A DNA stretch of 64,000 nucleotides from Eledone cirrhosa (lineage: Eukaryota). The translations under genes were made by a program, and so were the position numbers. Position 1 is the stretch's first letter. Each line of letters starts with the position of its first letter. The notes beneath the pieces are model-generated. The model worked only from the letters and a program-made list of their open reading frames with translations, searched no databases and was not told where the DNA came from. Where the stretch lies: positions 30,194,001 through 30,258,000 of the forward strand of contig OZ024750.1 of NCBI GenBank assembly GCA_964016885.1, given 5' to 3'. Shown here in pieces: positions 11,561 to 23,389 of the stretch.

Positions 11561-12292
11561 ATATATATATATATCCTATTTCTATATATCTATATATGTA
11601 TATATAACTTGCTTATATATATATCTATATATAATATACATCACTTGCTTCTCTCTCTCTCTCTCTCTCACCCACCCTGATACACTCTCTTTCATTATAA
11701 CATTCTCTACTAATTTCCATTCTCATTCACAGTACCTTGAAAGAAACAAACAGTTTCTTTATCTTCATTAAACCCTTCGTTATCACATTTATAATAAAAC
11801 TTATGGCTGATTATTTTCAAATAATTTTGAAAATATTCAAGACTTTGGGAGGATCTAATGATATAACCAACTTTCTCATTATTAAGCTGGTGTTTAGAAC
11901 ATAACCAAGATTCTTATGTAAAATTATGATGAAAGGTCTCTAGACAAAATATAAACACTTTAAAACAGGTTTGTATCATAGAACCAGGGGTGGATTTAGG
12001 CAGATTAGTATTAAAAGAGTTAACTATTACATTACTATAATTCTAATGAAAGGCACGCTGCTGTTAGAGGCTGACCTTATGTGGCAGACTGGCATCCCAA
12101 CCAGGGGCAAGTCTTCAACTCTCTTGTTACATAACTCCTTAGTTACTATATTTCTCATGAAAGACACTGCCTATGGGTTTCAAATAAGTTTGGAAAATAA
12201 TCAAGAATGTGGATGGATTTAGTAATAAATGTAATTTTCTCATTATCAAGCTGGTGTCTGGAGCATAACTTAACAGAGGTTACTATATAAAA

Positions 12293-12480
12293 TAATTGTT
12301 TCTTCTGCACAAGGCCAGCAATTATCCCAGTGTATTACTGGTACTTTATTTTGTCGACCCCTTAAGGATGAAAGGCAAAGTTAACTTCGGCGGGTTTTGA
12401 ACTCAGTCCGTAAAGGGACGTAACTGTGCTGTAAAGCATGGCGTCCGACCCTCTACCGATACTGCCAATCCACCGCCCTG
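12293..12480 (-). mobile_element. SINE S1
   Basis: Reverse complement of the S1 consensus. Confidence 0.85.
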
Positions 12481-12769
12481 GTTACTATATAAAATAATAA
12501 TCAAAAGTGTGGGCACCAAGGCAGTAGAGAAGAGCTAGAGGGCAACCACATGGTGTGATGATCTGACCCAATGCTGTAGCCCTACATGATGCAGTATGGC
12601 CAGAAATAGGAAGTGGTTGAGGTTACCCAGAGAGGGGTTCTTCCAAAAGAATTGAGAAGGATTTGGAGATAAATACAAACATTTTAAAACAATCAGTTTT
12701 GTATCATAGAACTGGGGGTGGTTTCAACCACATTTATATGAAGAAGGACAAAAACTATTTATACATAAG

Positions 12770-12990
12770 GGTTTCTTATTTAGGCACAAAGCCAGCAATT
12801 TGAAGGGGAGGGGAAAGTCAATTAAATCGACCCCAGTGCATTACTGGTGCTTTATTTATCATCAACCCTGTAAGGATGAAAAAAAAGCTAATCTTGGCGA
12901 GATTTAAACTCAGAACGTAAAGGGCCATAACTCTATGCTTGCAAAGCATGGTGTCTGACGCTTTACTGATACTGCCAATCCACCACCCTC
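12770..12990 (-). mobile_element. SINE S1, long subfamily
   Basis: S1 with an extra GGGGAGGGGAAAGTCAATTAAATCGAC segment. Confidence 0.8.
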
Positions 12991-13237
12991 AAACTATTTA
13001 TACATAATAAAGTCTTTATTATTTCGCTGATGTCAGCTAATATTAAGAAAAACCAACAGCTTTATATTGGTGAATATATATTTGTTTATTGACTAGTGGC
13101 CTTGGTTTGATTTATATATCTTCACAGTAGAAATTCTACAACAGAGATTTCTGCTGATGTTGCTGTTAGCAGCTTCTCAAATAGAAACAATCAGCAGATG
13201 TTTGGTTTCTGATCAATGGCTTATCATATCAGATTAT

Positions 13238-13422
13238 ATTGGCAGTATCGGTAGAGGCTCTGACGCCATGCTTTGCAGCGAAGAGTTACGGCCCTTTATG
13301 GTCTGAGTTCAAATCCCGCTGAGGTTAACTTTTGCCTTTCATCCTTACGGGGTCGATAAAATAAAGTACCAGTAATACACTGAGATAATTGCTGGCCTTG
13401 TGCCAAAAGTGGAAATAATTAT
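13238..13422 (+). mobile_element. SINE S1
   Basis: Matches the S1 consensus. Confidence 0.85.
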
Positions 13423-13554
13423 ATTACCTATAAAATGTTTTTGGTTTCAGTTTCTTGTTTATCTTATCAAATAGCCATATCATCTTTAACAATAGATATT
13501 CTGTCAATATCCTCTTCATAACACAGGATGGACCAATATCATACACTCACATAA

Positions 13555-13772
13555 TAATTATGGTTTCTGATTTAGGCACAAGGCCAGCAATTTGAAGGGA
13601 AGGGGAAAGTCAACTAAATCCACCCCAGTGCATTACTGGTATTTTATTTTATTGAGCCCATAAGAATGAAAGGCAAAGTTGACCTTGGCGGGATTTGAAC
13701 TCAGAGAGCAGAGAGTCAGAATGAATACCACAAAGCATTCTATCCAAAGTAATGACTGCCAATTCGCTGCTT
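13555..13772 (-). mobile_element. SINE S1, long subfamily
   Basis: Matches S1 in reverse. Confidence 0.8.
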
Positions 13773-14872
13773 GATATCAAATAAATAATAATAATAATTG
13801 CATAATTGCATTTTACATATATAGATATATATATCAATGGTTGCGTGGACCCCTCTTAAAGATTCGTTGGATTTTCTAATTGGATACCCCGAAACTGGAT
13901 ACCAATTACTGAATACACCTGAACTTCTACCAGGAAATCTTTCATATCAGTGAAAATTTTCTTTTCTTTGCTTCATATATATATATTATATATACTTGTC
14001 CGCCATTGCAAAAGGCCATCAATTCAAAATTTTGAAGAGAGAGGAAAAGAGAGAAGTGATCTATGAACTTGTAACATCTCACTGACCCCCCCCCCCCCGT
14101 CACCACACTAACAATAACGCCTACACTCGCTCCCCACCATCACCACATTACTCTAAGGTCGCTGTCCTGTCCCCTGTTGACATACTGCTGACTCTCTTTT
14201 GATGTATGTATGTGTATATACATATGTGTATGTGTTTGTATATGTATATCTCAGTGGATGCGACCAGATTTCAACACAGCAACAACTACAACAACAACAG
14301 CAGCAACACCAACAACAACAACAACAACAGCAACAACACCATCGTCTGTGTTGAATGTGTGTGTATGTATTTGTATATATGCGACAGCAATAACAGCATC
14401 AACACCATTGTCTGCAGCAACAGCAGCAGTGAAATGAAGGACAACAACAACAGTAACAACTACAATAACAACTACAGCACCAACAACTGCCACCACCATC
14501 ACTGACCATCCACCACCACCACGCTGATACCATCCACCACCACCACACTGACACCATCCACCACCGCCATTACCAGCGTAAACAAACAATTATTATTGTT
14601 ATTGTTATTATATACAAGCCGAACTGGACTGGGAAAGGTCAACAGTTGACATGATAGTGATTTTGACGATTTTGATTTTGATTTTGACTTTGATTTTGAT
14701 TTTGTATCAGTACTGTCGGTAATATATGTATATATATATATGTTTGTGAGTGGTGTGCGTGATTGTATGCATGAATGAGTGTTGGTATGTGTGGTTGTGG
14801 TTTGTATGCATGAGTATTAGTGTGTGAGTCGTGTCAATAAGTTTCCTTTTTTTTTTTTTTTTTTTTTTTTTT

Positions 14873-17800
14873 AATGACCATGCTGTAAAATGGAGGGGTA
14901 GAGAGGGCCCTTGAGTCTAGTAAGACATCCTCTCTAGTGCTGGTGGCACAAATAAAAGCACCCAGTCCATGCTGTAAAGTGGCGCTGGTGTTAGGAAGGG
15001 CATCCAACCAGTGTATCAATGCCAAAAAGCTTATCAGCACAGCAACAAAACAGCATAGAAAAATATGAAGACGTCGCATCTCAGAGTTGCAACACTTAAT
15101 GTTGGCACTCTCAGAGGTAGGTCTGCTGAAATAGCGGAGATGCTGGAGAGAAGGCAGGTGGATGTGTGCTGCGTGCAAGAGGTGAGATGGAGGGGTGCCT
15201 CTGCGAGACTAGTCGTAGGCAAGCGTCTTAGCTATAAGCTATTCTGGGTAGGTAAGGATGATGGGTTAGGGGGAGTAGGCATTTTCCTGGCTGAGAAATG
15301 GATCAATAAGACAATAGAGGTAGTTCGAGTTAGTAATCGAATAATTAAGCTTAGATTAGTTGTAGGTAGGAGACTACTGACAATCATCTCGGTCTATGCT
15401 CCCCAAGCAGGCCTAGGCAAAGATGAGAAAGACTGCTTTTATGAGCAACTTTTGCAAACAACCACAATGACAGAGGACGGAGACATCGTTATGCTAGCAG
15501 GAGACTTCAATGGTCATGTTGGACAGCTCCAGGATGGTTACACTGGGGTACATGGTGGGCACGGTTACGGTTCAAGAAATGAAGAAGGAGTGAGACTTCT
15601 TGAATTTTGTGATGCAAGTACATTGACTATTTGCAACACAAACTTCCAGAAACCTGCCAATCACCTAATAACCTACAAATCTGGTGAGCACATAAGCCAG
15701 ATTGACTTCCTGCTAGTTAGGCAGCGGGACAGGCAGATAGTGTCTAATACCAAGGCATACCCTGGGGAAGAATGTACCCCACAGCATAGGTTAGTTGTTA
15801 GTGATATCTCAGTAAGCAAGAGATGGAATGAGACATATAGGAAGGTGTGGAGAAGAAAGGTCTGGAAGCTAAAAGACCTTTCACTAAAATTCAAATTTAG
15901 GAAAGCCCTTCAAGATGTATATGACGAAAAAGAAGACGATTTAGAGACGTATGACATAGATAATAACTGGAAGTTCTTACGTGACAACTTGCTGAAGGCT
16001 ACTGATGAAACCTGTGGCTGGAGCAGAGCTCCAACCAGACAGAGAGTGACCTGGTGGTGGAACAGCAGTGTAGATAAGGCTATTAGAGACAAAAGACTAG
16101 CATGGAAGGCTTGGAATAAGGGTGGGAGTAGGGAAGAATATACAGCCACTAAGAGAGAAGCTAGACGTCAGGTGTACTTAGCACGCAGGGAGGCAGAGAG
16201 TAGGAGGTTTGCCAATGTTCTGCGACGGGAAGATCAGAGGCGTGCGGTGTTCCACATTGCAAGGCAGTGTGTCAATGCAAATCAGGATGTTGTTGGTGAT
16301 AAATGTGTCCGGGATGATGCCGGTGTACTTAGTGTCACGAATGACCAGAAAAAGGAGGCCTGGAAATGTCATTATGAGAGACTGATGAATGTGGAGAACG
16401 AATGGGAGAAATTACCCTTGGTAGATCCGACAGAGGGACCAGCTATTGAGATTGACGAATATAGGGTCCAAGAGGCGATTAGGGAAATGAAAAATGGTAA
16501 GGCGGCCGGACCATCGGGAATAGTTGCTGAGATGCTGAAGGCATCAGGGGACGTAGGCACTAAACTGGTTGCACGCATAATCAATCAGGCTATATATGGT
16601 GGTGTCATACCCAAAGACTGGTGCAGCAGTATTCTCATAAATTGCTACAAAGGTAAAGGGGATGCTTTGGAGAGGAGCAATTATAGGGGTATAAAACTGA
16701 TAGATCAGGTTATGAAAGTGGCAGAAAGGATTCTAGCACAACTAATTAGAGAAAGGGTCAAACTAGATGAGATGCAGTTTGGTTTTGTGCCTGGGAAGAG
16801 TACAACAGATGCCCTCTTCTTGGTGAGACAAATGCAAGAGAGGTTCTTAGAGAAGAATAAGCCACTATACTTAGCCTTTGTTGACCTAGAGAAGGCCTTT
16901 GATAGGGTACCCCGATCTGTCATCTGGTGGTCCCTAAGGAAGCTGGGTGTTGAGGAATGGCTTGTAAGGACAGTGCAAACTTTGTACAGAGGTACTCTCA
17001 GTAAAGTCAGGGTAGGAATGGAGTTTAGTGAGGAATTCCAGATACAAGTAGGAGTACATCAGGGTTCGGTCCTCAGCCCGCTCTTGTTCATTATAGTCCT
17101 CCAAGCCATAACAGAGGAGTTTAAGACTGGCTGTCCATGGGAACTTCTCTATGCTGACGATCTGGCTCTTATGGCAGAATCAGTAGAGGAGCTAGAGAAT
17201 AAATTCCGGCTATGGAAACAGCAGTTGGAAGCAAGAGGACTGAGAGTAAATCTAGCTAAGACAAAAGTGTTGATGAGTAGAAAAGAGGACAAAACCCTGA
17301 TTCCGTCAGGGAAATGGCCATGTTCGATATGCAGAAAAGGAACTGGCATAAATTCTATAAAATGCACACAATGTAGGTCCTGGGTACACAAGAGATGTAG
17401 CGGGATAGCAGGCAAACTAACAGGTAGGGAGAAATATGTATGCAGTAGATGTACAGGGAAATTAGACAGTAGAAGTCGCACTGATAGACACATTTCTCAA
17501 ATGCGAGAGGGCGCTATAGAAGTGGTGGATAGCTTCCGGTACCTAGGAGATCAGATTAGCATGGGAGGAGGGTGTTCCGAGGCCATAGTATCTAGAATAA
17601 GGACGGGTTGGAAGAAGTTTAGGGAGCTGCTTCCTCTGTTGACGAAGAAGGGTTTCTCCCTGCGTACGAAAGGCCGGTTGTATGATGCCTGTGTGAGGAG
17701 CGCGATGCTGCATGGTAGTGAGACATGGGCAGCTACCGCAGAAGATATGCGACGGCTGGAGAGAAATGAGGCAAGCATGCTCCGTTGGTTGTGCAGTGTA

Positions 17801-18153
17801 AATGTGCGTGAACGACCCAGCATAAATGTGTTGAGAGAGAAACTGTGTCTGAGAGGGATAGAATGTAGTGTACGGGAGAGGAGACTGAGGTGGTATGGAC
17901 ATGTGATGCGCATGGAGGATGACCGATGGGTGAAGAAGTGCCAGGAAATGCCAGTTGAAGGAAGACGTGGTAGAGGTAGACCACGAAAAACATGGGCGGA
18001 GGTGGTGAGAACAGACCTCAGATCATTGAAGCTCACGGTGGAGATGACGAGGGACCGTGACGAGTGGAGAGATGCTGTGCTGAATAAGACCCGTCCCACC
18101 CTTGCAAGCAGGGAAAAGCGGACGTAAAATGATGATGATGATGATGATGATGA
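14873..18153 (+). mobile_element. RTE-clade non-LTR retrotransposon, apparently intact
   Basis: About 190-bp 5' region, single uninterrupted ORF, almost no 3' UTR, (ATG)n tail 18129-18153. Confidence 0.93.
15065..18127 (+). CDS. LINE ORF, 1020 aa: APE endonuclease + reverse transcriptase with an inserted PHD-type zinc finger
   Basis: APE motifs TLNVGTL, CVQEVRW, VYAPQ, GDFNGH, QIDF, QHRLV. RT motifs KAAGPSG, NYRGIKL, QFGF, FVDLEKAFDRV, GVHQGSVLSP, YADD (17150-17161), FRYLG. RTE C-terminus RRLRWYGHVMR..GRRGRGRP. Confidence 0.96.
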   Translation: MKTSHLRVATLNVGTLRGRSAEIAEMLERRQVDVCCVQEVRWRGASARLVVGKRLSYKLFWVGKDDGLGGVGIFLAEKWINKTIEVVRVSNRIIKLRLVVGRRLLTIISVYAPQAGLGKDEKDCFYEQLLQTTTMTEDGDIVMLAGDFNGHVGQLQDGYTGVHGGHGYGSRNEEGVRLLEFCDASTLTICNTNFQKPANHLITYKSGEHISQIDFLLVRQRDRQIVSNTKAYPGEECTPQHRLVVSDISVSKRWNETYRKVWRRKVWKLKDLSLKFKFRKALQDVYDEKEDDLETYDIDNNWKFLRDNLLKATDETCGWSRAPTRQRVTWWWNSSVDKAIRDKRLAWKAWNKGGSREEYTATKREARRQVYLARREAESRRFANVLRREDQRRAVFHIARQCVNANQDVVGDKCVRDDAGVLSVTNDQKKEAWKCHYERLMNVENEWEKLPLVDPTEGPAIEIDEYRVQEAIREMKNGKAAGPSGIVAEMLKASGDVGTKLVARIINQAIYGGVIPKDWCSSILINCYKGKGDALERSNYRGIKLIDQVMKVAERILAQLIRERVKLDEMQFGFVPGKSTTDALFLVRQMQERFLEKNKPLYLAFVDLEKAFDRVPRSVIWWSLRKLGVEEWLVRTVQTLYRGTLSKVRVGMEFSEEFQIQVGVHQGSVLSPLLFIIVLQAITEEFKTGCPWELLYADDLALMAESVEELENKFRLWKQQLEARGLRVNLAKTKVLMSRKEDKTLIPSGKWPCSICRKGTGINSIKCTQCRSWVHKRCSGIAGKLTGREKYVCSRCTGKLDSRSRTDRHISQMREGAIEVVDSFRYLGDQISMGGGCSEAIVSRIRTGWKKFRELLPLLTKKGFSLRTKGRLYDACVRSAMLHGSETWAATAEDMRRLERNEASMLRWLCSVNVRERPSINVLREKLCLRGIECSVRERRLRWYGHVMRMEDDRWVKKCQEMPVEGRRGRGRPRKTWAEVVRTDLRSLKLTVEMTRDRDEWRDAVLNKTRPTLASREKRT

Positions 18154-18156
18154 TTA

Positions 18157-18675
18157 TTACAATTTACCACATTCTGAGAAGTGGTATGAGGATAAGCCAG
18201 AGTTGGTGATAGAAAACAATCAAGTGAAGTTGCTATGGGATTTCAGGATACAGACAGACAAGAAATTAGAACACAATAGGCCTGGCCTGGTGGTTTTGGA
18301 CAAGGAATAAAAATCGTGCCTGATTGTAGATGTAGCCTGCCCCTTTGTCACGAGAGTGCAAGAAAAGGAGAAGGAGAAAATTAACCGATACCAGGATTTA
18401 AAGCGGGAGTTAAAAAGGATTTGGGACTGTCATGAGATCAAGGTCATCCCGATTGTTATAGAAGCACTAGGTACTATATCAAAGACTTTTCAAGGATGGT
18501 TAAAGAACATTAGTCCAGCCCCTTTTTTGGAACACTTCAAAAGGCATGCTTGCTTAGAACAACAAGACCCTCCGATATGTCCTGAATATCTGAGGCTGCA
18601 GGTAGCAGCTTGATGTTCATTTGAACAAACTTTCCAGTTAAATAACATCAATGATTGAGACTCCAAGAAAAATAA
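18157..18675 (+). pseudogene. 3' fragment of an R4/Dong-like LINE (restriction-like endonuclease domain)
   Basis: KWYEDKPELVIEN..LLWDFRIQTDKKLEHNRP..IVDVACP..KINRYQDL..IW..VIPIVIEALG with an in-frame stop; ends in (TAA)n. Confidence 0.85.
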
Positions 18676-18697
18676 TAATTATTATTATTTATTTGAT

Positions 18698-18903
18698 AGG
18701 GCGGTGAATTTGAAGGGCGGTGAATTGGCAGTATCGGTAGAGGGTCAGACATGCTTTCCAGCATAGTTACGTCCCCTTACGATCTGAGTTCAAATCCCGC
18801 CGAGGTTAACTTTGCCTTTCATCCTTACGAGGTCGATAAAATAAAGTACCAGTAATGTACTGGGTAATTGCTGGCCTTGTGCCAAAAGTAGAAACAATTA
18901 TTT
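18698..18903 (+). mobile_element. SINE S1
   Basis: Full-length consensus match. Confidence 0.85.
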
Positions 18904-18909
18904 ATTTGA

Positions 18910-19232
18910 TATCTCAATCATTGATGTTATTTAACTGGAACATTTGTCCAAATGAACAAAAAGCCACTACCTGCAGCCTCAGATATTCAGGACTTATTGG
19001 CAGGTCCTTTCTGTTACAAGCAAGCATGCCTTTTGAAGTGTTCCAAAAAAGGGGCTGGGCTAATGACTTTTAGATAGCCTTGGAAACTCTTTGAGATAGT
19101 ACCTAGTGCTTGTATGACAATGGGGAAGACCTTGATCTCATGACAGTCCCAAATCCTTTTCAGTTCCCAATTTAGATCCTGGTGCTGGTTAATTTTCTTC
19201 TCCTTTTCTTGCACTCTTGTGTCAAAGGGGCT
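18910..19232 (-). pseudogene. Second R4/Dong-like 3' fragment, inverted
   Basis: QEKEKKINQHQDLNWELKRIWDCHEIKVFPIVIQALG; homologous to about 18340-18660. Confidence 0.85.
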
Positions 19233-19980
19233 ATGAGGTTAACTTTGCCTTTCATCATTACCAGGGTCGATAAAATAAAGTACCAGTAATACACTGGGAT
19301 AATTGCTGGCCTTGTGCCAAAAGTAAAAACAATTATTAATATTATTATTATTAGGGCAGTGGTTTGGTAGAATCGGTAGAGCATCAGACACCATGCTTTG
19401 CAGCATAGAGTTATGGCTCTTTACGTTCTGCATTCAAATCCCACCTCAGTTAACTTTGCCTTTCATCCTTATTGGGTTGATAAAATAAAGTACCAGTAAT
19501 ACACTGGGTAATTGCTGGCCTTGTGCCAAAAATAGAAACATTATTATTATCATATAGGGCGGTGGATTGGCAGTATCAGTAGAGGGTCGGACGCCATGCT
19601 TGGCAGCATAGAGTTATGACCTTTTACATCCTGAGTTCAACTCCTGCCGAAGTTAGCTTTGCCTTTCATCCTTACAGGCTCGATAAAAGAAAGTACCAGT
19701 AATGCACTGGGGTTGATTTAATCAACTTCCACCTCTGCCAAAATTGCTGGCCTTGTGCCTAAATCAGAAACCATTATTATTATTTGACAGTATCGGTAGA
19801 GGGTCGGACACCATGCTTTGACGCATAGAGTAACGGCCCTTGCCATTCTGAGTTCAAATCCCGCCGAGGTTAACTTTGCCTTTCATCCTTATGGCGTCGA
19901 TAAAATAAAGTACCAGTAATACACTGAGTAATTGCTGGCCTTGTGCCAAAAGTAGAAACAATTATTATTATTATTATTAT
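19233..19980 (+). mobile_element. Head-to-tail cluster of four S1 SINEs
   Basis: Copies start near 19233, 19353, 19556 and 19785, separated by (ATT)n. Confidence 0.88.
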
Positions 19981-20084
19981 TTTATGTCTGCTTTCCACAC
20001 AGGCCTGAATTAAGCAGTTTGTCACAGTCAGAGACTGGATAGGTCGGAGTGACCTCATCTTGCTCATACATTTTAGATTTGGTA

Positions 20085-21428
20085 TTATAAAATGCACTCA
20101 GTACATTCTGTAAGGTGGTAATGTCAGTGCCATGATAAAATGCACTCAGTACATTCTGTAAGGTGGTAATGTCAGTGCCATGATAAAATGCACTCAGTAC
20201 ATTCTGTAAGGTGGTAATGTCAGTGCCATGATAAAATACACCCAGTACATTCTGTAAGGTGGTAATGTCAGTGCCATGATAAAATGCACTCAGTACATTC
20301 TGTAAGGTGGTAATGTCAGTGCCATGATAAAATGCACTCAGTACATTCTGTAAGGTGGTAATGTCAGTGCCATGATAAAATACACCCAGTACATTCTGTA
20401 AGGTGGTAATGTCAGTGCCATGATAAAATGCACTCAGTACATTCTGTAAGGTGGTAATGTCAGTGCCATGATAAAATACACCCAGTACATTCTGTAAGGT
20501 GGTAATGTCAGTGCCATGATAAAATGCACTCAGTACATTCTGTAAGGTGGTAATGTCAGTGCCATGATAAAATGCACCCAGTACATTCTGTAAGGTGGTA
20601 ATGTCAGTGCCATGATAAAATGCACCCAGTCCACTTTGTAAACTGGTAGAGTTAGTGCCATAATAAAATGCACCCAGTCTACTCTATAAGGTGATAGTGT
20701 TAGTGCCATCATAAAATGCACCCAGTCTACTCTATAAAGTGATAGTGTTAGTGCCATAATAAAATGCACCCAGTACATTCTGTAAGGTGGTTAGTGTTCG
20801 GAAGGGCATCCCCCTTGCGAACACTAACCACCTTACAGAATGTACTGGGTGCATTTTATTATGGCACTAACACTATCACTTTATAGAGTAGACTGGGTGC
20901 ATTTTATGATGGCACTAACACTATCACCTTATAGAGTAGACTGGGTGCATTTTATCATGGCACTAACACTATCACCTTATAGAGTAGACTGGGTGCATTT
21001 TATCATGGCACTAACACTATCACCTTATAGAGTAGACTGGGTGCATTTTATCATGGCACTAACACTATCACCTTATAGAGTAGACTGGGTGCATTTTATC
21101 ATGGCACTAACACTATCACCTTATAGAGTAGACTGGGTGCATTTTATCATGGCACTAACACTATCACCTTATAGAGTAGACTGGGTGCATTTTATCATGG
21201 CACTAACACTATCACCTTATAGAGTAGACTGGGTGCATTTTATCATGGCACTAACACTATCACCTTATAGAGTAGACTGGGTGCATTTTATCATGGCACT
21301 AACACTATCACCTTATAGAGTAGACTGGGTGCATTTTATCATGGCACTAACACTATCACCTTATAGAGTAGACTGGGTGCATTTTATCATGGCACTAACA
21401 CTATCACTTTATAGAGTAGACTGGGTGG
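20085..21428. repeat. Two opposed 42-bp minisatellite arrays joined by a fold-back
   Basis: Unit ATAAAATGCACYCAGTACATTCTGTAAGGTGGTAATGTCAGTGCC-like; orientation flips at about 20800-20818. Confidence 0.93.
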
Positions 21429-22529
21429 CTTTTAACAATACACATTCTGTCAATGTCCTCTTCATAGCATTGAAAGAATCAATAACACACAGAGATATTT
21501 TAGCCCTTAATTTCCTCTATCACATAAAACCACATTAACAAGATATTTATTGTATGGTGAGTACAAAACAGCAATATGACTGTGTCACATTAAACATTAA
21601 AGTAGTTACTTTAATACTACAAATCTGACAATGGTCTGTCCACAAGGATATTATAAATATTTGATACTATAAACATTTGAATTAGAAAATGGAAAAAAAA
21701 GCACCCAGTCCATCCTGTAAAGTGGTCATTTTAGTGCCACAATGAAAAAGCACTTAGTCTAACTTGTCAGTTGGTTATTTTGGTGCCATGACAAAAAGCA
21801 CCCAGTCCACCCTGTAAAGTGATCATTTTGGTAGCAGAATGAAAAAGTACCCAGTCCAACCTGCCAGCTGGTCATTTTGGTGCCGTAGACACCAAGCAAG
21901 AAACAGTTCTGTGTGGGCAAGACACGGTCATATGATCTGACTTGTCTCACAGATAGACAACTCATCTAACCCATGCTAGCATGGAAAAATGGACATTAAA
22001 CGATGATGATGATGATGATAGTGATTTGTAGATATTTTCCACGAAATTGTTACAAGATGTTAAGAGTTATATTCCAATTACAGTTGATATTATCAAGATG
22101 ACATTTCAGAGTGAGATATATTACTAGTTTTTTTTTACAACACTTCATAGGTTTCAATGTTTCAAATTTAAATAGCAAACACTATCTAAAAATACTTGCA
22201 GGCATTTTACAAACTTTCTCATGATAATCACTATCATCATCATCATCGGCATCATTACTTTTATGTCAGCTTTCTACACTGGCATGGGTTGGACAGAGTG
22301 TCATATTCTGAGATTAGATTGGTCAGGGGACCATGTGTGGCTCATGTGTTCTATATTTGCTATAGTTCTATAACTGGATGTCTTTCCTAACACCAAACAA
22401 CCTTACAGCATGTACTGGGTGCATTTGTACCGTGCACCAGCACTACCATTTTACAGGATGTACTTGGTGCACATTATGGTGGAAGTAGTGATGATGATGA
22501 ATGTGATGGTGCTGTTGCTAATGTTGATA

Positions 22530-22926
22530 ATAATTGTTTCTACTTTTGGCACAAGGCTAGCAATTACCCCCAGTACATTACTGGTGCTTTATTTTATCGA
22601 CCCAGTAAGGACGAAAGGCAAAGCTAACTTTGGTGGGATTTGAACTCAGAACGTAAAGGGGCATAACTCGATGCTGCAAAGCATAATGTCTGACACTCTA
22701 CCGATACTGCCAATCCACTGCTAATGTTGAAAATAATTGTTTCTACTTTTGGCACAAGGCCAGCAACTACCCCAGTGTATTACTGGTACTTTATTTTATC
22801 GACCCCCCGTAAGGATGAAAGGCAAAGTTAACCTCGGCGGGATTTGAACTCAGAATAGCAAGGGCCGTAACTCTATGCGTCAAAGCATGGCGTCCGACGA
22901 CCCTCTACCGATTATTGCCAATCCAC
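22530..22926 (-). mobile_element. Two tandem S1 SINEs
   Basis: Consensus matches at about 22530-22722 and 22733-22926. Confidence 0.85.
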
Positions 22927-23389
22927 ATAATGATGATGATGATGATGTTGAAAAGAACTGCTTCAATACACACTGCAGTGTATTTTGACATACTTCACTT
23001 GCCCCCTGTCTTCCAGCACCCCTCTTGAGTCCTCTAAGTGGGGAGAAGTAGGGTACAGCACCCACTTTGGTGGTGGAGGTGGGTATCACAGGTCTAAGTT
23101 ATAGCTAGTTTTCTAATTTACATTATTGACACACTCCATTCTCTTATGAACAACACACCCAAACCCACTATAAATGCGGCTTGTTAGTCTTGTGTAGAGG
23201 TCTTAAACTCAAAAGGGCCATTACCCCCTGGGGGGGGCAACAGTGGGATGAGGGGGTGGGGACTATGATGTCCACCAGTTATAACACTAATCTACAATAC
23301 AGCTGATAGGCTGCTATTTATTTTTCATGAAAATACACACATGTTAGTAAGCAAGATATGGGAATTAGTACAAAATGTAGGGGGACATC

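Noticed and set aside
13995-14085. Possible GIY-YIG C-terminal fragment (KREVIYELVTSH)
   Set aside because: Too short and degenerate to assign.
17543-18099. Antisense ORFs within the LINE
   Set aside because: Shadow ORFs of the RT coding strand with no motifs.
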